DNA of 64,000 nucleotides from an uncultured Thiotrichaceae bacterium. Lineage in GTDB: Bacteria > Pseudomonadota > Gammaproteobacteria > SZUA-229. The stretch's first letter is position 1, and each line of letters opens with the position of its first letter. The DNA lies in the NCBI GenBank assembly GCA_964441285.1, contig CAYTUK010000002.1, positions 25,551 to 89,550 on the forward strand. Direction: 5' to 3'. Made by a program: the position numbers and the translations under genes. The notes under the pieces are model-generated. The model saw only the letters and a program-made list of their open reading frames with translations. It ran no database searches and was not told the origin of the DNA. Shown in pieces: positions 9,102 through 19,110 of the stretch.

Positions 9102-10199
9102 ATGAACAAAAATTACAGCATTGATGAACAACCTAAAATGCAACGAAAAATTCTTTTTCGCAGTTTAGTCGGCAACAGCGCCATAATGCAGACAGTGCGA
9201 AATGAAATTGAACAGGTAGCTAACAGTGATGCCAATGTTCTGATTCTGGGCAAGTCAGGCACTGGCAAAGAAGTGGTTGCACGCAATGTTCATTATTATT
9301 CTGCTCGACACGATAAAGCGTTCGTTCCAGTTAACTGTGGCGCGATTCCCCACGAATTACTGGAATCAGAACTTTTTGGCCATGAAAAAGGGGCCTTTAC
9401 CGGTGCTATATCCAGCCGCCAGGGGCGTTTTGCTATGGCCGAAGGCGGTACGCTGTTTCTGGACGAAATAGGTGAGATGACAATGGCGATGCAGGTAAAA
9501 CTTTTGCGCGTCCTGGAAGAGCGTACTTTTGAACGTGTTGGTGGCAATAAAACCATTCAGGCGGATGTACGCATTATTGCGGCCACCAATCGCAATCTTA
9601 AAGAAATGGTTCAACAGGGCGATTTCAGAGAAGACCTCTATTTCCGACTTGATGTCTTCCCTATTCGCCTGCCGACATTACGTGAGCGGATTGAGGATTT
9701 ACCTTTACTGGTTAACGAGCTGATCTCTCGGCTTGAGCATAACAAAGGCAGCTCAGTGCGTTTTTCCACTGACGCTGTTATGGCACTCTCGCAATATGAC
9801 TGGCCCGGCAATGTACGTGAACTGGCCAATCAAATCGAACGCATGGCGATTAAACACCCCTGCGGACTGGTTCAGGCGCAACATTTACCGGAGAAATTCC
9901 GTGACTCAACCCAGCCATTATCACAACCGCTAAATGTCGCAGCCATTGATGCCGTTATGCAAAAGGATAATACAGACACACCCATACCTAATACGCCACC
10001 CATCAACTTTCCAACCGAGAATTTCGACCTTAAATCGTATATTTCTAATATTGAGGTCAGCATTATCCAGGCCGCGCTGGACCAATCACACGGCGTGATC
10101 GCACATACGGCAAAAAGTTTGGGGATGCAACGCACAACACTCGCAGAAAAAATGCGCAAATATCATATTAGCCGACCCGTAGAAGCATCAGCAGCTTAA
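9102..10199 (+). CDS. sigma-54-dependent transcriptional activator (AAA+ sigma-54 interaction domain plus C-terminal Fis-type HTH, no N-terminal regulatory domain)
   Basis: Walker A GKSGTGKE. GAFTGA motif in ESELFGHEKGAFTGA. Walker B/arginine-finger region in LFLDEIGEM. HTH at the C-terminus. The upstream frame has a stop at 8931 and no alternative start, so there is no REC or FleQ N-domain. Confidence 0.85.
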   Translation: MNKNYSIDEQPKMQRKILFRSLVGNSAIMQTVRNEIEQVANSDANVLILGKSGTGKEVVARNVHYYSARHDKAFVPVNCGAIPHELLESELFGHEKGAFTGAISSRQGRFAMAEGGTLFLDEIGEMTMAMQVKLLRVLEERTFERVGGNKTIQADVRIIAATNRNLKEMVQQGDFREDLYFRLDVFPIRLPTLRERIEDLPLLVNELISRLEHNKGSSVRFSTDAVMALSQYDWPGNVRELANQIERMAIKHPCGLVQAQHLPEKFRDSTQPLSQPLNVAAIDAVMQKDNTDTPIPNTPPINFPTENFDLKSYISNIEVSIIQAALDQSHGVIAHTAKSLGMQRTTLAEKMRKYHISRPVEASAA

Positions 10200-10285
10200 C
10201 TCAGGTTTACAAAAGAAGAAACCGGAGATACAAGCTTGTTCACCGCAAGCCTACCGACAAGACAGGTATATAGCGGTAGAAAAAA

Positions 10286-10359
10286 TGGAGCGGGTGATGG
10301 GAATCGAACCCACGTTTGAAGCTTGGGAAGCTCCAGTTCTACCATTGAACTACACCCGC
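10286..10359 (-). tRNA. tRNA-Gly (anticodon CCC)
   Basis: Minus strand reads GCGGGTGTAGTTCAATGGTAGAACTGGAGCTTCCCAAGCTTCAAACGTGGGTTCGATTCCCATCACCCGCTCCA. It folds as a cloverleaf with a 7-bp acceptor stem, D arm, TTCCCAA anticodon loop, T arm with TTCGATT, and encoded CCA. Confidence 0.85.
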
Positions 10360-10402
10360 ATGGACGAAGTAGAAACCGTTAGCTTCTATTCATTGGCGCG
10401 AA

Positions 10403-10430
10403 ATTATCGCATCTTTATAACAATTTGCAA
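10403..10430 (-). promoter_or_regulatory. sigma-70-type promoter for tRNA-Gly with GC-rich discriminator
   Basis: Minus strand TTGCAA-16/17 nt-GATAAT, followed by TTCGCGCC, about 44 nt upstream of the mature tRNA 5' end. Confidence 0.35.
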
Positions 10431-10600
10431 GCACAACAACATCCCTGTTGACGACAAACCTGAAGGAATACATTATTCATTTTCGACATAAATCACCAGA
10501 AAAAGGTTTCTTTACGCAAAAAGATGTTCATTAATAATGCTCACGCGACTTTCTGGATATATCGAAAAATACATTTTCTGGCTACGGTGACGGCATAAAA

Positions 10601-11821
10601 TCAGCCATCACGGCGGCTGGCCTGCATTCTCAATCGCAATGCGTTTAACTTAATAAATCCATCCGCATCTTTGTGGTCATACGCACCGCCATCATCTTCA
10701 AAAGTCGCCATATTTTCATCAAATAATGAATCACTGGATTGACGGCCAACAACATCCACATTGCCTTTATATAACTTCACTCGCACCACACCATTCACAT
10801 ATTGCTGCGAAGTGTCAATCATCTGCTGCAGCATTTCACGTTCAGGACTCCACCAATAACCGTTATAGATTAATGTGGCATAACGCGGCATTAATTCATC
10901 TTTCAGGTGTGCCACTTCACGATCCAGCGTTAAGGATTCCATTGCGCGATGGGCACGTAACATAATTGTGCCACCCGGGGTTTCATAGCAACCGCGTGAT
11001 TTCATACCAATGAAACGATTTTCGACGATATCCAGTCGGCCAATACCGTTTTCACCACCCAGTCGATTTAATTCAATCAACACCTGTGCCGGTGTCAGGG
11101 TTTTCCCATCAATCGCAACAATATCGCCCTGCCTGTAAGTCAGTTCCAGATAGGTGGCTGTATCCGGTGCCTGTTGCGGTGATACCGTCCAGCGCCACAT
11201 CGCTGCTTCCGCTTCAACCCAGGGATTTTCCAGTATGCCACCTTCATAGGAAATGTGTAACAGGTTGGCATCCATTGAATAAGGTGATTTTTTACCTTTA
11301 TTAAAATCAACGTCGATACCATGCTTTTGTGCATAGGCCATTAATTTTTCACGCGACAGTAAATCCCATTCTCGCCAGGGTGCAATCACCTGCACCCCCG
11401 GTTTTAAGGCATAAGCCCCCAGTTCAAACCGAATCTGATCATTACCTTTACCGGTAGCACCATGTGAAATTGCATCGGCACCGGTTGCATTGGCTATTTC
11501 AACCATACGTCTGGCGATTAATGGGCGGGCAATGGACGTACCTAATAAATACTCACCCTCATAAATCGCATTGGCACGAAACATCGGAAAAACAAAATCG
11601 CGCACAAATTCTTCCTGCAGGTTGTCGATGTAAATTTCTTTTACCCCCAGCGCTTCGGCTTTTCCGCGGACGGGTTCAACTTCTTCACCCTGTCCAATAT
11701 CGGCGGTAAAGGTCACCACTTCACAATGATATTCGTCCTGTAACCATTTAAGAATGACGGAGGTATCAAGGCCACCGGAGTAGGCAAGCACCGCTTTTTT
11801 TATAATGACTTTTGCAGACAT
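10601..11821 (-). CDS. argG: argininosuccinate synthase
   Basis: 406 aa. N-terminal [11 protein letters not shown]-loop. Ordered similarity across the whole ArgG family. Confidence 0.9.
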   Translation of the reverse strand: MSAKVIIKKAVLAYSGGLDTSVILKWLQDEYHCEVVTFTADIGQGEEVEPVRGKAEALGVKEIYIDNLQEEFVRDFVFPMFRANAIYEGEYLLGTSIARPLIARRMVEIANATGADAISHGATGKGNDQIRFELGAYALKPGVQVIAPWREWDLLSREKLMAYAQKHGIDVDFNKGKKSPYSMDANLLHISYEGGILENPWVEAEAAMWRWTVSPQQAPDTATYLELTYRQGDIVAIDGKTLTPAQVLIELNRLGGENGIGRLDIVENRFIGMKSRGCYETPGGTIMLRAHRAMESLTLDREVAHLKDELMPRYATLIYNGYWWSPEREMLQQMIDTSQQYVNGVVRVKLYKGNVDVVGRQSSDSLFDENMATFEDDGGAYDHKDADGFIKLNALRLRMQASRRDG

Positions 11822-12120
11822 GGCAGGATTCCAATAGTAAATTTGTCAATCAGGCTGGCGATTATACTTAAAAAACGATCAACTACATATCAATCATGCA
11901 AATTCACTGAGCAAAATTAATGCGGTAACAGTGATTCGAGTTAATGCTTGCTGTTAGAAGTAATTCGACTAAATTCATATTAACTTTTATAATGCACCTA
12001 CACTTGGAAAAAACATCAGTATATAACTCCTCAATTTATCAGGAATTATTAAAACTTCTCTTAAAATTACACTATTTTTCACGATCTCCGTGTGACTTTA
12101 CCATAACGTGCGAGAGTTAA

Positions 12121-14778
12121 ATGACAAACCAACACGATATTGACCCGATTGAAACCCAGGAATGGCTCGATGCACTCAGTGCAGTACTCGAAAATGAAGG
12201 TGTTGAACGCACACACTTTCTGCTTGAGCAGCTAATTGATAACGCACGCCGTAATGGTGCCAGTCTGCCATTCACCAATAACACGGCTTATCTGAATACA
12301 ATCCCGGCCCACCTTGAACAGCGCACGCCTGGCGACCCTGAACTGGAATACCGGATTCGTTCATTTATTCGCTGGAACGCAATGGCAATGGTTGTGCGGG
12401 CAAATAAAGAAAGTTCTGAACTGGGTGGTCATATTGCCAGCTTCGCATCAGCCGCAACACTCTATGACGTTGGTTTTAATCATTTTTTTCATGCTCAAGA
12501 TAAAAATCACGGCGGTGATCTGATTTTCATGCAGGGCCATTCTTCGCCGGGTATTTATGCGCGGGCTTTTCTTGAAGGCAGACTGAACCAGAGCCAGCTT
12601 GACAAATTCCGCCAGGAAGTTGATGGCGGCGGCCTGCCGTCCTATCCGCACCCCTGGTTAATGCCCGATTTCTGGCAGTTTCCAACCGTCTCAATGGGGC
12701 TGGGGCCGATTATGTCGATCTATCAGGCAAGGTTTATGAAATACCTGCACGACCGAGGCATTGCACACACCGAAAACCGCAAAGTCTGGACATTCTGCGG
12801 TGACGGTGAAATGGACGAACCGGAATCACTGGGAGCAATTTCGCTTGGCGGTCGTGAAAAGCTGGATAATCTGATTTTTGTTATCAACTGTAACCTGCAA
12901 CGTCTGGATGGCCCCGTACGGGGGAATGGCAAAATCATTCAGGAACTGGAATCCGTCTTTCGTGGTGCGGGCTGGAACGTCATCAAAGTTATCTGGGGCT
13001 CCTACTGGGACCCTCTACTGGCCAGAGACAAGGACGGCTTACTGGCTAAACGCATGGCCGAAGTTGTGGATGGCGATTACCAGAACTACAAAGCCAAAGA
13101 CGGCGCCTTTGTACGCGAGCACTTTTTTAACTCGCCTGAATTAAAAGCCATGGTCGCAAATATGTCGGACGATGACATCTGGCGACTCAACCGTGGCGGA
13201 CACGACCCGCACAAAGTCTATGCCGCTTATAAACAGGCAACGGAACATAAAGACCAGCCTACCGTTATCCTGACCAAAACAGTCAAAGGTTATGGCATGG
13301 GTGAAGCTGGCGAAGGCCAGAATACAACCCACTCACAGAAAAAAATGAATATTGACGCGCTGGCAGCCTTTGCTAAACGCTTTAATATTCCCGTATCGAA
13401 AGAACAAATTGAAACCGCTGAGTATTACAGGCCAGCCGAAGACAGCCTCGAAATGCAATACATGCAGGCGCGCCGCAAAGCAATGGGCGGTTATCTACCA
13501 GCACGAACCCATCTGGCTGCACCACTGGAAGTCCCGCCCTTGTCAACGTTTGAGGCATTATTGAAAGGCTCCGGCGAGCGTGAAATGTCCACTACAATGG
13601 CCTTTGTTCGTATTCTCACTGCCCTGGTGCGAGATAAAAAAATCGGTAAAAACATTGTCCCCATTGTGCCCGATGAAGCCCGCACCTTCGGTATGGAAGG
13701 CATGTTCCGTCAGCTGGGCATTTATTCTTCTGTCGGTCAGCTCTACGAACCTCAAGATAAAGCGCAGGTAATGTTTTATAAAGAAGACAAAAGCGGACAG
13801 ATCCTGGAAGAAGGCATCAATGAAGCGGGCGCAATGTCCTCATGGATTGCCGCTGCAACCGCCTATAGCTCGCATGGTGTCAACATGGTGCCATTCTATA
13901 TCTATTACTCCATGTTTGGTTTTCAGCGGGTTGGCGATCTAACCTGGGCATCAGGTGACATGCAGGCGCGTGGTTTTCTTATTGGCGGCACTGCTGGCCG
14001 TACTACGCTGGCAGGTGAAGGTCTACAACACCAGGATGGACACAGCCTTCTGCTTGCCTCAACCATTCCTAACTGTGTGGCTTACGACCCCTGCTTTGCC
14101 TACGAGCTGGCGGTTATTATTCATGATGGGATGCATCGCATGGTACAGCAACAGGAGAATGTGTATTACTACATCACCACTATGAATGAGAATTATGCCA
14201 TGCCGCCTATGCCTGAAGATGCTGAAACAGGTATCAAGAAAGGCATCTACCGTTTCAGTAAAGACACGGCCAGAAAAGGTGAAGTGAAAGCTCAGTTATT
14301 TGGTAGTGGTACCATTCTACGCGAAGTCATTGCTGCCGCTGAGTTACTAAAACAGGACTGGAAAGTCAGTGCCGATGTATGGAGCATTACCAGCTACAAT
14401 GAACTGGCGCGTGAAGCCGTGGATTGTGAACACTGGAACCGGCTCAACCCCGGCAAAAAGGCACGCGTGCCCTATATCACCAAACAGTTAGCAAACGCTG
14501 AAGGCCCTGTTATTGCTGCATCTGACTATATACGCGCGGTCTCCAACCAGGTTCGCCAATACATCCCTGCAACCTATACGGTACTGGGCACCGATGGTTT
14601 TGGTCGCTCAGATACCCGCAAAAAGCTGCGCCGTCACTTTGAAGTTAACAGTCATTACGTTACCCTGGCCACATTAAAAACCCTGGCAGATGAAGGCAAA
14701 ATTCCGGTCAGTAAAGTCAGTGATGCGATTAAAAAATACAATATTGATACTAAAAAACCCAACCCCATTACAGTATAG
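12121..14778 (+). CDS. aceE: pyruvate dehydrogenase E1 component (homodimeric type)
   Basis: 885 aa. MTNQHDIDPIETQEWLDAL N-terminus and length are typical of AceE. Followed by the E2 and E3 genes. Confidence 0.95.
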   Translation: MTNQHDIDPIETQEWLDALSAVLENEGVERTHFLLEQLIDNARRNGASLPFTNNTAYLNTIPAHLEQRTPGDPELEYRIRSFIRWNAMAMVVRANKESSELGGHIASFASAATLYDVGFNHFFHAQDKNHGGDLIFMQGHSSPGIYARAFLEGRLNQSQLDKFRQEVDGGGLPSYPHPWLMPDFWQFPTVSMGLGPIMSIYQARFMKYLHDRGIAHTENRKVWTFCGDGEMDEPESLGAISLGGREKLDNLIFVINCNLQRLDGPVRGNGKIIQELESVFRGAGWNVIKVIWGSYWDPLLARDKDGLLAKRMAEVVDGDYQNYKAKDGAFVREHFFNSPELKAMVANMSDDDIWRLNRGGHDPHKVYAAYKQATEHKDQPTVILTKTVKGYGMGEAGEGQNTTHSQKKMNIDALAAFAKRFNIPVSKEQIETAEYYRPAEDSLEMQYMQARRKAMGGYLPARTHLAAPLEVPPLSTFEALLKGSGEREMSTTMAFVRILTALVRDKKIGKNIVPIVPDEARTFGMEGMFRQLGIYSSVGQLYEPQDKAQVMFYKEDKSGQILEEGINEAGAMSSWIAAATAYSSHGVNMVPFYIYYSMFGFQRVGDLTWASGDMQARGFLIGGTAGRTTLAGEGLQHQDGHSLLLASTIPNCVAYDPCFAYELAVIIHDGMHRMVQQQENVYYYITTMNENYAMPPMPEDAETGIKKGIYRFSKDTARKGEVKAQLFGSGTILREVIAAAELLKQDWKVSADVWSITSYNELAREAVDCEHWNRLNPGKKARVPYITKQLANAEGPVIAASDYIRAVSNQVRQYIPATYTVLGTDGFGRSDTRKKLRRHFEVNSHYVTLATLKTLADEGKIPVSKVSDAIKKYNIDTKKPNPITV

Positions 14779-14837
14779 AATCGTTACTGCTGCGTTTATT
14801 AAATAAGCAATGCAGTAAAAAAACAGGCGTAAAAATT

Positions 14838-16178
14838 ATGGCAGAAATTAAAAATATACGGGTTCCTGATATTGGCGATTTTGAGGGTGTTGAAGTCATC
14901 GAAATCATCGTTTCACCTGGCGACTCCGTCCAGGTTGAGGACCCTCTGGTTTCACTTGAATCCGATAAAGCCGCCCTGGAAATCCCCGCTGAATTTGCCG
15001 GTATTGTTAAAGACATTAAAATCAAGCTGGGCGATAAAGTTTCTCAGGGCGATCTACTGATAACGCTTGAGGTTAATGAAAGCGGCCTTAATGAGAATAT
15101 AGCAGACAGCACGGTAGCAGAGCCAAATACAATCGCCACCGCCACACAGGAAGTAGTGCCCATCCAGACCACCACCGCAGCCGAACAACAAATCCCGGAA
15201 ACAGCGCAACCTGTTCCTGCCGCCAACCCACCTCACCCTGCTCCCACACGGCAGGTAGCTCCCATTGATGAAACGGGTTTCAGCAAAGCCCATGCCAGTC
15301 CAGCGGTCAGGAAATTTGCGCGTGAACTGGGTGCTGACCTCGGTCAGATGACAGGTTCGGGTACCAAAAATCGTATTTTGAAAGCGGATGTAAAAAGCTG
15401 GGTGAAGCAAGCGCTGGCATTAAATCCGTCTGGCAATACGTTCAGCGTTGCGCCCATGCCGGAAATTGATTTTAGTTTATTCGGTGACACAGAAACACAG
15501 CCGCTGACAAAGATTAATAAACTCACCGGAAAATTCTTGCATCGCAACTGGGTGACTATTCCTCACGTCACCCAGTTTGACGAAGCTGACATCACTGAAC
15601 TGGAAGCCTTTCGCAAACAGCTAAATGAAGAAAATAAAAAAGAGGGTGTACGTATAACAGTGCTTGTCTTTTTAATGAAAGCACTCGTTTCTGCACTAAA
15701 AGAATATCCGCGTTTTAATGCCTCACTGGACGTCAAGGGTGAAACTCTGGTGCTAAAAAAATACGTTAATATTGGTGTTGCAATGGATACTCCTGCGGGT
15801 CTGGTTGTCCCTGTAATTCGCGACTGCAACCATAAAACTTTGCTCGAACTGGCAGACGAACTGGTCACTACCAGTCAGCGGGCGCGCGATAAAAAACTGT
15901 CGCCCGCCGACATGCAAGGTGGCTGCATCAGTATCTCCAGCCTTGGCGGTATTGGCGGTACGGCCTTTACCCCCATTGTCAATGCACCGGAAGTGGCTAT
16001 TTTAGGTGTTTCACGCTCATCAATAAAGCCGGTTTATCAGGGAGATGAATTTGTCCCACGGCTAATGTTGCCCTTATCCTTGTCGTATGACCACCGCGTG
16101 ATTGATGGTGCTGATGGTGCACGTTTCACCTCTTATTTAAGTAAAGTCCTGTCTGATACCCGCAGACTACTACTATAA
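14838..16178 (+). CDS. aceF: dihydrolipoamide acetyltransferase E2 (single lipoyl domain)
   Basis: Lipoyl-lysine motif LESDKA. Pro/Ala-rich linker. E3-binding domain. Catalytic DHRVIDGA motif. Confidence 0.9.
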   Translation: MAEIKNIRVPDIGDFEGVEVIEIIVSPGDSVQVEDPLVSLESDKAALEIPAEFAGIVKDIKIKLGDKVSQGDLLITLEVNESGLNENIADSTVAEPNTIATATQEVVPIQTTTAAEQQIPETAQPVPAANPPHPAPTRQVAPIDETGFSKAHASPAVRKFARELGADLGQMTGSGTKNRILKADVKSWVKQALALNPSGNTFSVAPMPEIDFSLFGDTETQPLTKINKLTGKFLHRNWVTIPHVTQFDEADITELEAFRKQLNEENKKEGVRITVLVFLMKALVSALKEYPRFNASLDVKGETLVLKKYVNIGVAMDTPAGLVVPVIRDCNHKTLLELADELVTTSQRARDKKLSPADMQGGCISISSLGGIGGTAFTPIVNAPEVAILGVSRSSIKPVYQGDEFVPRLMLPLSLSYDHRVIDGADGARFTSYLSKVLSDTRRLLL

Positions 16179-16319
16179 AAAATAGAGGATAATCGCAGAT
16201 ACGCCGAGCACACAGGGAAATACCCGCCTGGCTGTAACTACACAAAAATAAAAAACTCTGTGCACTCTGCGTTTCTGTGGTAAATTTTTTAATACTGTTT
16301 ATTTTCTGAGTAATGCGTT

Positions 16320-18059
16320 ATGAGTAAAATAGTGAATGTAGAAGTTCCCGATATTGGTGATTTTACCAATGTTGATATTATTGAAGTTCTGGTTAGTGTC
16401 GGTGACAGCATCAACGAAGAAGATCCACTCATTACACTGGAATCGGATAAAGCAACAATTGAAATTCCATCCCCTTCTGCGGGCATAGTCAAAGCAGTTC
16501 TCGTCGGTGTTAATGAAAAAGTTAGCCAGGGTCAGGTGATTTTAAAACTGGAAGTTAATGACAGCACGGCTACCCAGTCACCGATAGAACAGACGACAAC
16601 CACTTCTGCACCACAACCAGACGCTGCACCGACAATTGCTACAGGTAATACTGGCCTTCATGCTGAAGTCGTGGTACTTGGTTCCGGCCCCGGCGGTTAT
16701 ACTGCTGCCTTCCGGGCTGCCGATTTGGGTAAATCCGTTATTTTGATTGAGAAACATAACGTCATTGGTGGCGTCTGCCTGAATGTGGGCTGCATTCCCT
16801 CCAAGGCTCTACTGCATTCAGCACAAATCATTAATGAAGCGGCTGAAATGGCTGCACACGGCATCGAGTTTGGCAAACCCAAAATTAATATTAAAAAACT
16901 GGCCGAGGTTAAAAACGGGATAATTAAGCAACTCACCGGCGGGCTAACCGGGCTGGCCAAACAGCGCAAAGTTCAAATTGTCACCGGTTACGGAAAATTT
17001 ACCTCACCGAAAACCATTGCGATTGAAACCAAAGCGGGCACCCAAACAATCGCCTTTGATAATGCCATTATTGCTGCCGGTTCATCGGTATTCAAAATTC
17101 CCGGTTTCCCTTATGACGACCCACGCCTGATGGATTCTACCGGTGCGCTCGAACTGGCCGATATTCCAAAACGCCTGCTGATCATTGGCGGTGGCATTAT
17201 TGGCCTGGAAATGGCCACCGTTTATGATGCACTGGGGTCAAAAGTTTCCATCGTCGAACTCGCTGCAGGTTTAATTCCTGGTTGTGATGCCGATCTGGTG
17301 CACCCATTAATGAAGCGCGTTAAAAACCGTTATGAAAATATCTGGCTCAATACCCGAGTCACCTCCATTGAGGCTTTAAAGAAAGGCTTAAAAGTTTCTT
17401 TTGACGGTAAAGGCGCACCAGAAAATGCTACCTTTGACCGTGTCCTGGTAGCAGTTGGTCGCACCCCGAACGGCAAACTGATTGATGTGGAAAAAGCGGG
17501 TGTTAGCGTGGATGAACGTGGCTTTATTAGCGTGGACAAACAACAAAAAACCAATGTTGGTCATATCTACGCCATTGGTGATATTGTCGGTCAACCCATG
17601 CTGGCACACAAAGCCACCCATGAAGCCAAAACCGCGGCCGAAGTAATTGCTGGAATGAACTCTTTTTTCGATGCAAAAACCATCCCTTCAGTTGCCTACA
17701 CCGACCCGGAGATTGCCTGGATGGGCATCACCGAAGAGCAGGCAAAAACTGAGGCAATGGCATACACCAAAGGTGTTTTCCCGTGGGCAGCCAGTGGACG
17801 CTCACTCAGTATCGGTCGCAATGAAGGCATGACTAAAATACTGTTTGATAAAGAGACTCAACGCATTATCGGCTGCGGCATAGTCGGCACCAATGCAGGT
17901 GAACTCATCGCCGAAGCCGTGCTAGCGCTAGAAATGGGGGCCGACATTGAAGACATTGCGCTCACCGTGCATCCTCACCCAACGCTATCAGAAACCTTTA
18001 ACTTTGCAGCAGAAATGGCAGAAGGTACGATTACGGATCTGTACATTCCCCAGCGTTAG
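16320..18059 (+). CDS. lpdA: dihydrolipoamide dehydrogenase E3 with N-terminal lipoyl domain
   Basis: N-terminal lipoyl domain (LESDKAT). FAD-binding fold GSGPGGYTAA. Redox-active disulfide GGVCLNVGCIPSK. C-terminal HPHPTLSE interface motif. Confidence 0.9.
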   Translation: MSKIVNVEVPDIGDFTNVDIIEVLVSVGDSINEEDPLITLESDKATIEIPSPSAGIVKAVLVGVNEKVSQGQVILKLEVNDSTATQSPIEQTTTTSAPQPDAAPTIATGNTGLHAEVVVLGSGPGGYTAAFRAADLGKSVILIEKHNVIGGVCLNVGCIPSKALLHSAQIINEAAEMAAHGIEFGKPKINIKKLAEVKNGIIKQLTGGLTGLAKQRKVQIVTGYGKFTSPKTIAIETKAGTQTIAFDNAIIAAGSSVFKIPGFPYDDPRLMDSTGALELADIPKRLLIIGGGIIGLEMATVYDALGSKVSIVELAAGLIPGCDADLVHPLMKRVKNRYENIWLNTRVTSIEALKKGLKVSFDGKGAPENATFDRVLVAVGRTPNGKLIDVEKAGVSVDERGFISVDKQQKTNVGHIYAIGDIVGQPMLAHKATHEAKTAAEVIAGMNSFFDAKTIPSVAYTDPEIAWMGITEEQAKTEAMAYTKGVFPWAASGRSLSIGRNEGMTKILFDKETQRIIGCGIVGTNAGELIAEAVLALEMGADIEDIALTVHPHPTLSETFNFAAEMAEGTITDLYIPQR

Positions 18060-18115
18060 CTGCAAACGTGACAGCATCCATATCAGGCCAGTGTGCAGAT
18101 ATTTAAAACCAACAC

Positions 18116-18505
18116 ATGCCATATGAAATAACCACAGAAGATAATGGAAGCAGGATAATTACTCGATATTACGGGAAATTAACTGCGGCTGAAGTCTATG
18201 CCGCATACACTGATCGGTTTACTGATATTAAAAAAATCAACCAGTATAAAGTATTGCTTAATGATTATACTGATGTAACAGAAACGGTTGTCAGTGACGT
18301 AGATGTAGCAAAACTTGCAGCCATTTATACCGCAGCGGCAATGCAGAACCCCCATGTTATCGCTGTTAGTATCATGCCAACAGATTTACAATTTGGCCTG
18401 GGCAGAATGTGGGAAGGCTACATATTTGAAATCCCCTGGGAAGAAATAATCGTGCGGACACAACAGGAAGCAACACAGTGGCTTGCAAAGAAACTGGGGG
18501 CATAA
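18116..18505 (+). CDS. hypothetical acidic protein (no family recognised)
   Basis: 129-aa ORF with an AUG start. Convergent with nosL. No recognisable motifs. Confidence 0.4.
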   Translation: MPYEITTEDNGSRIITRYYGKLTAAEVYAAYTDRFTDIKKINQYKVLLNDYTDVTETVVSDVDVAKLAAIYTAAAMQNPHVIAVSIMPTDLQFGLGRMWEGYIFEIPWEEIIVRTQQEATQWLAKKLGA

Positions 18506-18553
18506 ATACGTACCATACACCTATCTATGAACAGTTCACGTTCAAACCAGACG

Positions 18554-19099
18554 TTACTTTACCCCCATTTTAGACATCATCTGCTGATTCATCTTTGTTA
18601 TTACCGCCTGAGTAATCGCCTTAAACGGCAGTAGCTTGCCACCGTGCTTGAGGATAAATATCTGCGCAGCGGCTTTCTGCTTAAACGCAGCCAACGTTGG
18701 CCCCATTGCACCTTTCATGTCAGACCCCACTACATACCAGGCCGAACGCCCTGGTATCAGGTATTTATCATTGGGTTTTTTCCAGGACGCTCGACCCATA
18801 TCATGAACATAAATCTCCCGGGTATTGTTTTTGTTTTCAGGCTGGAGATACCACGAAAACATGTCGCGGGTGGAACAGAATTTCTCTACCTGACCACTGC
18901 GGTTATAAAGCTCACCTTTTGGGCCAGCAAATTTTGAAATTATCATGCCACATAGATGACATTCTTCACCCGGCTTAATGGCGACAGGCCCATGCTTTTT
19001 GCTTCCTGAATCACCGGAACCATTACAGGCACTTAGGCTTAGACCCAGCACCAGTAGAATGACGAACAGAAAGCCCGGTTTAATTTCCTGCTTGAGCAT
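18554..19099 (-). CDS. nosL: copper-chaperone lipoprotein NosL
   Basis: Lipoprotein signal with lipobox LSAC. Conserved NosL core (EECHLCGM). Last gene of the nos cluster. Confidence 0.8.
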   Translation of the reverse strand: MLKQEIKPGFLFVILLVLGLSLSACNGSGDSGSKKHGPVAIKPGEECHLCGMIISKFAGPKGELYNRSGQVEKFCSTRDMFSWYLQPENKNNTREIYVHDMGRASWKKPNDKYLIPGRSAWYVVGSDMKGAMGPTLAAFKQKAAAQIFILKHGGKLLPFKAITQAVITKMNQQMMSKMGVK

Positions 19100-19110
19100 A
19101 ATCACCCGCC

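Noticed and set aside
10285-10491. 68-aa plus-strand ORF
   Set aside because: It overlaps the tRNA-Gly gene on the opposite strand and reads through the tRNA promoter. No RBS is present.
11822-12120. ARG-box-like TGCAAATTCAC in the argG/aceE divergent region
   Set aside because: Only a half-site match to the ArgR consensus, in an AT-rich spacer. It cannot be separated from chance.
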